From an uncultured Pseudomonadota bacterium (GTDB lineage Bacteria; Babelota; Babeliae; Babelales; UBA12411): DNA of 45,775 nt. Positions 28,545-37,117 of this stretch are shown here, piece by piece (within the stretch, counting starts at the first letter, position 1; each line of letters begins with the position of its first letter). The translations under genes were made by a program, and so were the position numbers. The stretch covers positions 8,583 to 54,357 of the forward strand of contig CAYPYR010000001.1 in the NCBI GenBank assembly GCA_964415095.1, written 5' to 3'. The notes under the pieces were generated by a model that saw only the letters and a program-made list of their open reading frames with translations, ran no database searches and was not told where the DNA came from.

Positions 28545-30812
28545 TTATGTTGTACGCGCAACAAAATCACGCGGGGCATTAAGTACCATAGGATTATACT
28601 TAAAATGTTTGGCAAATGCACCAAGCGTATTTAAACGAAATGAAAAAAAATAGGTTTGCTCACAAAGTAGCACGCCTTGATCGAGATACCGTTTTGTCTC
28701 AAGACCAAGCGAAATTCCCCAACAATGACCACTAATATCAAAACGCACGCGTTGTAGTAAAACATCTATATGGGGAAAAAACGCACTAGCATTATCACCG
28801 TTAAGCGCAAAATATCCTACATAGCCAATACGACCATTTTTACCTAAAGCATAGGATACATCACAATGCACAAATGATGGAATATCCGATAAAAATCCCC
28901 GAACTCGTTGAATCTGCTGATTTTGATAAACCCATCCAGCTTGCAATGCTATCGGGACCGTTGACAGACTGCACTGCATCTCAAGACTCAGCAATGAGCC
29001 GGTGGCAACATTATATTCCTGATTTAGTGCCACTGAAAAAATAGAATGTGCCACACCTGCTTTACAGCGCAGTGGTAAAATATGCGAGCTACATGATGCA
29101 CGCCGCACCGGAAAAATTTCAGCTGGACTGTACCATTCATAGCCACCATCACAATCAAGAAAAGCACGAAATTGATTAAAAAAAAGACTATTCTGTAGAG
29201 TACATCGCAGTGCATTCATGGCATACACATGATCATATTCATCGGCATGAAACCAATTTTTTTGACAAATAAGTGGAACAAAATCCCATCTAATACTTGG
29301 CTGTATACTATGCAAAAAAGAGCCGGTATCATCCGATCCAATAAGCGTTGGAAATGCCCATTCAAGCCAGCCATGTGCATAGAGTCTGCAGGCCCCTTCA
29401 ATAGGAAAAGTTCCCTCTAACACCCATGGATGATGAATCGGAGGCTGACCAAGCGTCTTTGCGCGAATTTGCATATTTGGCATCAGTGCACCTTGAATTT
29501 GATTTCCTGCAAACGATATGCATTTATGAAATGTTGGTTCGAAAAACCATCGCACAGTATCAAACTCTGGCAAATTACCGACACCGCAGGTATATAAAAA
29601 AGCATTATCAACAAATGCATCATAACGCACATTGCTTAATCCCCCGACATCAGCATAGGTGCGACTCAGTGAAAGTCGTGGCCCATATACCAGCGTCGTT
29701 TCTTGAGTCTTAGTGCACGTCGCACCATCTTTACAAGGAAAACGCACTCGTTTAATATGCTCATGATTAACTTCAAATGAAAGTGCATGCGCATCATCAA
29801 ACCATCGCAGCATTGCCGTATTCCAATAAAAATCATCAACTGAATTCGGCTCATTAAAAAAATCAAACGCTATTTGTTTATCGGTACCAAAATCTACTCG
29901 TCCTAATGTATACAACTTTAATGACGGCAACGAAATTGGCAGCGCTTGTTTACCCTCAACCCAATAGCGATTTCGCGAACAAAATTGAGGGCAACGGCTT
30001 GAAAGAGACCAATCACGTGCGTACAAAATTTTTGCTAGGGTAAAAGAATCAAATCCGGCAATTTGTCTAAAATCATTAAACAAGGCCCACCCACGCTTTT
30101 GCCGCCAATGAACGCCACACGTGGTATCAACTTTATTACGAACAAATTCAAAGTAATATGGTTGAGTAAGTCCGAAACCAAACTCACGATCAAGCGAAAA
30201 CTGCGGAATCAAAAAACCCGAATGTGCTTGGCTAAAAGCCGGTGTTATTAAGTACGGAAGCCAAAATATTGGGACTGATCCAACATAAAATGAAGGATTG
30301 GAAATAGTAATAAGATATTTTTTTAACGTTGCTGATCGAGCACGAAATGACCAATCTGGCTTTGCACGATCACACCCGGTTATACAGGGCTTAACCACAC
30401 GCCAAGTAGTATCATTAATTTTTTCTGCGCGCTCTGCTGAAATATAACGTCCATCCATTTGTATATGAACATCAGTTGCATGTCCGGTTTTTTTTACCGC
30501 ATTTAAAAAAATAGTAGATGCTGACATGAGAAAATATGGTGTCTCAATTGACACTACATTCTTACCACACGATTTAGCTCTTAAGATTTGTGTATTTTTG
30601 TTGATAACAATTTGATCAGCCCATACATGCACCATATCATCAATCAGCACTTCAACATCGCCTGATAGCAAAATCAGATTTTGCTTAACGATCGATTGAC
30701 GTGCACTGCGAACCGTGATTGATTTAATCGATGATATCATGTCATGCATCAATGTATAAAGTGATGTACTCGACACCACTCCTATGAGCATAACAAGGAC
30801 TATACGCTTCAA
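28545..30812 (-). CDS. lptD: LPS-assembly outer-membrane protein LptD
   Basis: 755 aa with a TTG start. Signal peptide (M)KRIVLVMLIGVVSSTSLY. OstA-like N-terminal region (LLSGDVEVLIDDMVHVWADQIVINKNTQILRAKS). The stretch VGSVPIFWLPYLITPAFSQAHSGFLIPQF matches the hallmark LptD barrel-entry motif (E. coli VGPVPIFYSPYLQLP....RRSGFLIP). The remainder is aromatic-rich. Confidence 0.8.
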   Translation of the reverse strand: MKRIVLVMLIGVVSSTSLYTLMHDMISSIKSITVRSARQSIVKQNLILLSGDVEVLIDDMVHVWADQIVINKNTQILRAKSCGKNVVSIETPYFLMSASTIFLNAVKKTGHATDVHIQMDGRYISAERAEKINDTTWRVVKPCITGCDRAKPDWSFRARSATLKKYLITISNPSFYVGSVPIFWLPYLITPAFSQAHSGFLIPQFSLDREFGFGLTQPYYFEFVRNKVDTTCGVHWRQKRGWALFNDFRQIAGFDSFTLAKILYARDWSLSSRCPQFCSRNRYWVEGKQALPISLPSLKLYTLGRVDFGTDKQIAFDFFNEPNSVDDFYWNTAMLRWFDDAHALSFEVNHEHIKRVRFPCKDGATCTKTQETTLVYGPRLSLSRTYADVGGLSNVRYDAFVDNAFLYTCGVGNLPEFDTVRWFFEPTFHKCISFAGNQIQGALMPNMQIRAKTLGQPPIHHPWVLEGTFPIEGACRLYAHGWLEWAFPTLIGSDDTGSFLHSIQPSIRWDFVPLICQKNWFHADEYDHVYAMNALRCTLQNSLFFNQFRAFLDCDGGYEWYSPAEIFPVRRASCSSHILPLRCKAGVAHSIFSVALNQEYNVATGSLLSLEMQCSLSTVPIALQAGWVYQNQQIQRVRGFLSDIPSFVHCDVSYALGKNGRIGYVGYFALNGDNASAFFPHIDVLLQRVRFDISGHCWGISLGLETKRYLDQGVLLCEQTYFFSFRLNTLGAFAKHFKYNPMVLNAPRDFVARTT

Positions 30813-31408
30813 AATGGTCTTCTACCTGACAATGCTTTAAAGATCGTAATACGATCCATATGCTCTAAACTTGACCCAATTGGCATACCGCTTGCTAACT
30901 TAGAAATAACAACGCTATTATTTTTCAACTTCGATGCAATGTAACTTGCTGTTGCCTCACCTTCAGGTGTTGGATTGGTAGCAAAAATAAGCTCAGTCAC
31001 TGCTGCTGCATGTATACGAGCTATCAGCTGCTCGATAGTAAGCTTTTCAGGTCCAATACCATCAAGTGGACACAATGCACCACCAAGCACATGATATACT
31101 CCATCAAACCCACCAGCTTTTTCTATAGCAAAAAGATCATGCCATGTTTCGACGACGCAGATAGTAGTCTTAATGCGATTTGATTGCATACAGATTGCAC
31201 AGGTATCGCATCCTTCACTCAGGTTAAAACAAATAACACAGGGTACTATGTTTTTTTTTGCCTCGAGCAGTGTCATACAAAATTGTTCTAATGCAAGGTC
31301 GCTGCGTGAAAGAAAAAACGCAGCGACACGATACACATTTTTAGATGCAAGATAAGGTACATGCCCAAGTATTCGAATGAGGCGATCTAGTGATGGCAAA
31401 CCCTTCAT
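30809..31408 (-). CDS. recR: recombination protein RecR
   Basis: 199 aa. Zinc finger CVICFNLSEGCDTCAIC, then a Toprim region ICVVETWHDLFAIEKAGGFDGVYHVLGGALCPLDGIGPEKL. Confidence 0.93.
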   Translation of the reverse strand: MKGLPSLDRLIRILGHVPYLASKNVYRVAAFFLSRSDLALEQFCMTLLEAKKNIVPCVICFNLSEGCDTCAICMQSNRIKTTICVVETWHDLFAIEKAGGFDGVYHVLGGALCPLDGIGPEKLTIEQLIARIHAAAVTELIFATNPTPEGEATASYIASKLKNNSVVISKLASGMPIGSSLEHMDRITIFKALSGRRPF

Positions 31409-31420
31409 ACTAATCCTTTA

Positions 31421-33022
31421 TTAAGAACGACGCTCAATCATTTTACGGATAAAATATTCACCAATTGTTAATACATTTTTTGATAACCAATAGAGTACCA
31501 ACCCTGCAGCAAAATTTGCAGAAATAACTGAAAAGACTAATGACATAAACACACCAATCATTTTCATTTTTGGATCACCAGTTGGGGTCACCCGTTGTTG
31601 TATCATCATTGATATACCCATCAAAATCGGTAACACATAATACGGATCTTTAGCTGATAAATCAGTTATCCACAGCACAAATGGTGCTTGATAGAGATCG
31701 ATATAATTACCAAGTACGTTATAGAGCGCAAACATAATCGGAATATCAATCAATAATGGCAAACATCCGACCATCGGTGCCGCAGGAGAAATATTATGGT
31801 CTTGATGAAAGCGTTGTAATTCAAGCATCATACGCGAACTATCATTACTATATTTTTGACGAATGCGCGCAATATGTGGTGCGTATTTTTGTTGACGTTC
31901 TTGAATTGCTGCCGCCTTAATCGACAATGGCAGTAATGGCAATTTAATAAGAATGGTAAGTAGAATAATAGCAAAGCCATAGTTACCAACAAAATTATAT
32001 AACCAACCAAGAATGGCGATGAGCAATTTGCAAAGCCATGAGAACATACCAAAATTGAGTAGTCCTTCTAAACGAGCATCAACTGCCGTTAAATCATGAA
32101 TGTCTTTTGGTCCCATGAAGAATTCTAATTTCCAACTGCTTTTTTGCATAATAGCAGGACCTGCAAGAATTGAATATAATCCACGCTCTTCTTGTTTAAA
32201 GTATGCCATTCGTACAAAATGCTCATGATCCGCAACCATCACGTGACCAAAATATTTATTTTGTGTACCAAATAAACTTGGTTGCGGCGTTGGATTCATT
32301 AAATCTTCAGGAGCTACCAATGCAATTTTATGCATTGTGGTGCCGGCAAAAACACCTTGGGGTGCTTCCTTGGTGCCAGTAGCTAAAAATGGTGAAGGCA
32401 CGAATAAGCGGGCATGGAGCACTGATGCATTTGATGCATTCGGTATAAAATCAAGTTTTAGAATAATTTTATAGAGTGATTTATGTACCTGATATGTTTT
32501 AACAATGGTCCAATTATCCCACATTGTTTGATACACAATTTCATTGTAATCGTCATGATCGTTTACTGCAGTAACTTCATAAAAAAGTGGTGTGCGTTCA
32601 GCGAGTGCCAGCATAAAGCAACTCTCTTCGCGTTCTTCGTATTCTTTATGCAAGACTGATTTTAGCGGAATACCATTAACACTCTGACGATTTAGGTACG
32701 CGATGCTTGCGATGACACCACCGTAATTAGAAAAATCAATTTTATAAATTGCATTTTCTATGCTAACAATTTTCTCAGCTAACTTGCCCGGTCTATCGGC
32801 ATCTCTAAAATCAATTTCACGGCTAACGAGCGTCGCCATTTCTTGATGTCGATTGAGATCTTCTTTAGAAAGAATAGGATAGAACTTTCCGGATTGTAAT
32901 CCAGTTGCTTCTGGCTCATATCCGGTCTTTTCGCCACCAAAGAAATAATGAAACATGAAGACGGTGAGTACCGACATCACCATTGCAAATAATAACTTCT
33001 TATCTTGGAACATTTTAAACAT
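31421..33022 (-). CDS. yidC: membrane protein insertase YidC (long form with periplasmic domain)
   Basis: 533 aa; GCLPLLIDIPIMFALYNVL and WITDLSAKDPYYVLPILMGISMMIQQRVTP. Confidence 0.93.
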   Translation of the reverse strand: MFKMFQDKKLLFAMVMSVLTVFMFHYFFGGEKTGYEPEATGLQSGKFYPILSKEDLNRHQEMATLVSREIDFRDADRPGKLAEKIVSIENAIYKIDFSNYGGVIASIAYLNRQSVNGIPLKSVLHKEYEEREESCFMLALAERTPLFYEVTAVNDHDDYNEIVYQTMWDNWTIVKTYQVHKSLYKIILKLDFIPNASNASVLHARLFVPSPFLATGTKEAPQGVFAGTTMHKIALVAPEDLMNPTPQPSLFGTQNKYFGHVMVADHEHFVRMAYFKQEERGLYSILAGPAIMQKSSWKLEFFMGPKDIHDLTAVDARLEGLLNFGMFSWLCKLLIAILGWLYNFVGNYGFAIILLTILIKLPLLPLSIKAAAIQERQQKYAPHIARIRQKYSNDSSRMMLELQRFHQDHNISPAAPMVGCLPLLIDIPIMFALYNVLGNYIDLYQAPFVLWITDLSAKDPYYVLPILMGISMMIQQRVTPTGDPKMKMIGVFMSLVFSVISANFAAGLVLYWLSKNVLTIGEYFIRKMIERRS

Positions 33023-33160
33023 ACAAGAATATCCTTCATGCTATATTCATCTGTGCGTAATTTCTGATTAATGGATCTACCATAGATCACATTACCTGCT
33101 TAGATTCTACATTAAATTGATAAAATGTGGAGAAATAGTAATCGATACTACCTGACCCGT

Positions 33161-33189
33161 TTGTCGATTATACGAAAAATTCGTACACT
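33161..33189 (+). promoter_or_regulatory. candidate promoter with an embedded palindrome upstream of the biotin carboxylase operon
   Basis: TTGTCG (33161-33166), a 17-nt spacer, then TACACT (33184-33189). The perfect palindrome TACGAAAAATTCGTA (33171-33185) spans the spacer and the -10. SD AAGGA (33221-33225) precedes the GTG at 33231. Confidence 0.3.
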
Positions 33190-33230
33190 AATGAATAGCA
33201 AGTTTTCGATAATGAACAAAAAAGGATAGC

Positions 33231-34748
33231 GTGGCCATCAAAAAAATCCTAATAGCAAATCGATCTGAGGTAGCAGTACGTATTATTGCTGCATGTCGGA
33301 CCCTGAATATCAAAACGGTAGCCGTATATACCCAAGAAGATCGTATGGCTAACCACGTGTATCATGCAGATGCTGCATATCCTTTATCACTCTCAGGTAG
33401 CGCAGGGTACCTGAATAGCAAAGAATTAATCAGTCTGGCACACGCTGCAGAGGTGGACGCAATCCATCCCGGCTATGGCTTTTTAGCTGAATCAGCATCA
33501 TTTGCCCAAGAAGTGATTTCTGCAGGCCTTACCTGGATTGGGCCCTCACCGAACCTTATTGCACAGATGGGTAATAAAATTGCCGCACGAGAAATCATGA
33601 CACAATATGGCGTGCCAACTATTCCTGGATTTCATTTTACTCATGCAACTCTTAACGAATTATCCGCAGCTAAAACTGCTGCAGCATCACTGGGATACCC
33701 GGTAATACTTAAATCTGCAAACGGTGGTGGTGGCAAAGCTATGCGTAGTGTCTATGATAGCGATGCTTTTGACCGTGCTTGGGAACAGGTACTCTCCGAA
33801 TCACAAAAATATTTCCAAGCTCAAGATATCTTTATCGAAAAATATATCGAATCTGGTCGCCATATCGAAATCCAGGTAGCCGGGGATGGTACCCATGCAT
33901 GCCACTTTTTTGAACGTGAATGTTCTATTCAGCGCCGGCATCAAAAAATTATTGAAGAAACCCCTTGCGCATTTGTTTCTGAAAAAACCCTCGCTCATAT
34001 GTACGAAATTTCGCTACATGCCACTAAAACACTTGGCTATGATAGTATTGGTACTTTAGAATTTTTAGTAACACCGGATGAGTCTTTTTATTTTCTTGAA
34101 ATGAATACGCGACTCCAAGTAGAACATGGCATTACCGAGATGACCTGCGGTATTGATCTGGTGCAGCTTCAAATTACCCTTGCACAAACTAAACAATTAC
34201 CGCTAACGCAAGAGAAGATTACGCGTCGTGGCCATGCCATTGAATGCCGCATTACTACCGAAGATGATTCATTCACGCCATCTTGTGGCGCTGTTACCAA
34301 TCTAATGTTACCACAAGGACCATTTGTTCGACATGATCATGCGCTCGAAACAGGCATGGTAATTTCACCTTTTTTTGACGCGATGCTTTCAAAATTAATA
34401 GCATTTGGTTCTGATCGGCAAGCAGCTATTGCTAATATGCAGCAGGCTCTCTCTACTTTTACTATCAAGGGCGTTGCGACTAATATTGCACTACACCAAA
34501 AAATACTTGCAAGCCTCCCATTTCAGCACGGCACTTTTCACACAAGATGGCTTGAACCCTGGACACAAACAATGGCACTAAACGATAGCAAAGTGATTGA
34601 TAAACCGTTAAATAATAGTCCAACTGCTGCTGAAATAGCACTCATCGCCGCACTACTTATGGATGACATACAAGATAAAACTGGTGTTAACTCGCCACAT
34701 GACATCTCAAAAACACGTCGTTGGAAGGAAATAGAATGGCAGTCTTAA
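33231..34748 (+). CDS. accC: biotin carboxylase (ATP-grasp) with a C-terminal extension of about 55 aa
   Basis: 505 aa with a GTG start; KILIANRSEVAVRII, GGGGKAMR, ERECSIQRRHQKIIEETP, EMNTRLQVEHGITE. It is longer than a stand-alone AccC of about 450 aa. Confidence 0.9.
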   Translation: MAIKKILIANRSEVAVRIIAACRTLNIKTVAVYTQEDRMANHVYHADAAYPLSLSGSAGYLNSKELISLAHAAEVDAIHPGYGFLAESASFAQEVISAGLTWIGPSPNLIAQMGNKIAAREIMTQYGVPTIPGFHFTHATLNELSAAKTAAASLGYPVILKSANGGGGKAMRSVYDSDAFDRAWEQVLSESQKYFQAQDIFIEKYIESGRHIEIQVAGDGTHACHFFERECSIQRRHQKIIEETPCAFVSEKTLAHMYEISLHATKTLGYDSIGTLEFLVTPDESFYFLEMNTRLQVEHGITEMTCGIDLVQLQITLAQTKQLPLTQEKITRRGHAIECRITTEDDSFTPSCGAVTNLMLPQGPFVRHDHALETGMVISPFFDAMLSKLIAFGSDRQAAIANMQQALSTFTIKGVATNIALHQKILASLPFQHGTFHTRWLEPWTQTMALNDSKVIDKPLNNSPTAAEIALIAALLMDDIQDKTGVNSPHDISKTRRWKEIEWQS

Positions 34749-35302
34749 AACGATGGGTTATCGATCAACATGGTATAACACATGAGTATCAGTGTGTTGT
34801 CAAACAAATATCGCCCGATCTTGTTATGATACAATTATTTAATGCAACACAAAATTATCGTATTGAGTTTACCTGCTCGTACATTTCATGGAACGCAGCT
34901 ATTAATAATTTATTTGTCACTATTAATGGTAAACCATGCAAGACTACGATCACTCCGCACGAGAACAAAACTATAATTCAACTTAACCACCAAAACCTAC
35001 AACAGAAAATTTTTGAGATAGCCAAAATACCATTATCACAAACCAAACAACATATAAGAAATCCCACAACATCGCATATTTTTAAAAATACTCTTCATGC
35101 TCCACTTGCCGGACGCGTCGTAAAAACTTTTGTACAATTAAATCAATTAGTTCAAAAAAACGATCGCCTTCTTATTTTAGAATCCATGAAAATGGAGAAT
35201 GAAATCCGTGCTGAACATCAAGGATATGTTACCGAGATAATGATCACAGAAGGTGATGTTGTACAATCCAAAGCACCGCTCATTCGATTTAGAGAAGTAT
35301 AA
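34736..35302 (+). CDS. biotin carboxyl carrier-type protein with an atypical N-terminal beta-rich region
   Basis: The C-terminus APLAGRVVKTFVQLNQLVQKNDRLLILESMKMENEIRAEHQGYVTEIMITEGDVVQSKAPLIRF is a biotinyl domain (E-[AS]-M-K-M). The ATG at 34736 is preceded by GGAAGGA with a 6-nt spacer. It overlaps the accC 3' end by 13 nt. Confidence 0.8.
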   Translation: MAVLKRWVIDQHGITHEYQCVVKQISPDLVMIQLFNATQNYRIEFTCSYISWNAAINNLFVTINGKPCKTTITPHENKTIIQLNHQNLQQKIFEIAKIPLSQTKQHIRNPTTSHIFKNTLHAPLAGRVVKTFVQLNQLVQKNDRLLILESMKMENEIRAEHQGYVTEIMITEGDVVQSKAPLIRFREV

Positions 35303-35307
35303 AACAT

Positions 35308-36069
35308 ATGCATATCTATAGTATTATATTTTTAGGATTTATCAGTACCATGACAACATTGCCTGCAAAAAAAGAAGCACAATATGTAAGTATTGAGCGC
35401 TTAGTTCCTTCACAGATTCGCTATTCATCCCACAACGTAGCAAGAAAACAACAACTCGCTCCAGAGGAGTGTCTCTATGACCAGAATCAAAGCATATACG
35501 ATCTTTCTGATGCTATTCCCGTTATTAAAGTTGGTGAGCACTTTGTAGTACAAGATGGGCATCATAGCGTTTTAGTAAGCATATCTCGTGGTGCAAAAAC
35601 TATGCCCATTCATATAGCATTTGAATACTCGGGCACACTTGATGATACATTTTGGGATTGGGCCCATAAGCAAGAGCATGCGTATCTTTTTATGCCGGGT
35701 AGCAATTTAATATCTTATCCAACGAGTTTTGACGCACTTATTGACGATCCAATACGCTATTTTGTTGCAATCGTCGCACGAAAATATTCTAAAGATTTAT
35801 CGCATGATACCTCATCTGGTGCCGAGTTCCCTCTGTGGATTAAAATAGGCAAAGATATTCCGTTCATCGAATTCAAGATTGCCGATATATTATATCAACA
35901 TGGTTTTCACTACTCATATGGAGATGAAAAAGATAGCTTAGAGAAGCTTATTGAAGAGGCTCGATTAATGTTAATGCACCATCAAATACCCAATCTCAAA
36001 TTACTTACCGAGCGTGAACATTTCTTATCTTCAAAACAAATTGAGAACTGGATCAGTAATATATTTTGA
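35308..36069 (+). CDS. ParB/sulfiredoxin-fold (ParB-like nuclease family) protein, hypothetical function
   Basis: 253 aa. VSIERLVPSQIRYS and IPVIKVGEHFVVQDGHHSVLV resemble the two core motifs of the ParB/Srx fold (LxPxQ ... DGHH). The N-terminus MHIYSIIFLGFISTM is hydrophobic, so a signal peptide is possible. It starts 5 nt after the carrier-protein stop. Confidence 0.45.
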   Translation: MHIYSIIFLGFISTMTTLPAKKEAQYVSIERLVPSQIRYSSHNVARKQQLAPEECLYDQNQSIYDLSDAIPVIKVGEHFVVQDGHHSVLVSISRGAKTMPIHIAFEYSGTLDDTFWDWAHKQEHAYLFMPGSNLISYPTSFDALIDDPIRYFVAIVARKYSKDLSHDTSSGAEFPLWIKIGKDIPFIEFKIADILYQHGFHYSYGDEKDSLEKLIEEARLMLMHHQIPNLKLLTEREHFLSSKQIENWISNIF

Positions 36070-37020
36070 TTAGCAAGATTTTAACCATTGATTAACCGCA
36101 TCCGCAAAAAGACGTGGCGCATCATAAATAATTGAAATATGCGTCTCCTTTGGAATTATTGCTGCAATTGATTGATCATAAACCTGCTTTGCATAATGTT
36201 TATATTGTATAACGTTATCAGGCAAAAATAGTTCATCTTCTTCACCAATAAAAAGCGCAAATGGTCGTTTTAATAGTGCAAATGTATTACGTGGATTAAC
36301 TAAAGAAACCGCACAGGCCATTGCACAGGTATTATAATCTAGGATATGTTGATCTCGTTCTCGTACACGAGCGGGATAGTTAAAAAAAACAGCCGGCGTA
36401 TGCGCAAAGAAACGATATCCTGATAATGCATATGCCGCAAGGATCAATGAACGAACGCGCGCAATAAATCGATTCTCATGTGACGTTATGGTGCGCATGA
36501 CACCAGCATTCATTCCTAAGAATGGTGCAAGCAGTAGGTATCCGTTAATATTGGTTGTCTTTTTTTCATACGTCAGGTCTTGATTGTGCTGCCACGTAGC
36601 ATGATTTAATATCAAACCCGCGCCAGCTGAATGTCCCGCGAGAAATATTTTAGCCTGCGGATGCTTTTCTTTAACTAACGTTATCGCACGATCTATATCA
36701 TCCCACACGCTCTCAGGATTGGGAGCATCACCGCGTGATCCGGATGAATTGCCATGACCACGTACATCCATAAGATAAACGCCAATATCATAATCTTCCA
36801 TCAAACTTTGCGCCATATTTTGATATACCGGTGCGCTCCAACTACCAGCTCCATGATAAAAAATAATAATCGCTCGTGGATGCGCTGGTAAGAAGGCATA
36901 GTAGGCAAGCAGAGTACCATCGGTAGCATAAAAGAATTGTGGTGGCTTTTGTTCTATTTCTAACAAATTATGTGCCAGCGCAGCATATGCAAAATGTTGA
37001 TGTCTGTTCCGAGAAATCAT
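36070..37020 (-). CDS. alpha/beta-fold hydrolase (lysophospholipase/monoacylglycerol-lipase-like)
   Basis: 316 aa. Oxyanion region IIFYHGAGSWS and nucleophile elbow GHSAGAG (GxSxG). Confidence 0.7.
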   Translation of the reverse strand: MISRNRHQHFAYAALAHNLLEIEQKPPQFFYATDGTLLAYYAFLPAHPRAIIIFYHGAGSWSAPVYQNMAQSLMEDYDIGVYLMDVRGHGNSSGSRGDAPNPESVWDDIDRAITLVKEKHPQAKIFLAGHSAGAGLILNHATWQHNQDLTYEKKTTNINGYLLLAPFLGMNAGVMRTITSHENRFIARVRSLILAAYALSGYRFFAHTPAVFFNYPARVRERDQHILDYNTCAMACAVSLVNPRNTFALLKRPFALFIGEEDELFLPDNVIQYKHYAKQVYDQSIAAIIPKETHISIIYDAPRLFADAVNQWLKSC

Positions 37021-37117
37021 TTGTGGTATCCTTTATAGCAATAATTTGTTGTAGTATACTCAAGTCATCAGATACAATACAATGCTTTTTGTGCACCTTT
37101 AGTATTTTGGAAAAACT

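Noticed and set aside
34705-34715. Possible programmed -1 ribosomal frameshift at the A5 run joining the carboxylase and carrier ORFs.
   Set aside because: The zero-frame context TCA-AAA-ACA does not form a canonical X-XXY-YYZ slippery heptamer. I see no downstream stimulatory structure. The downstream ORF has its own strong SD and ATG.
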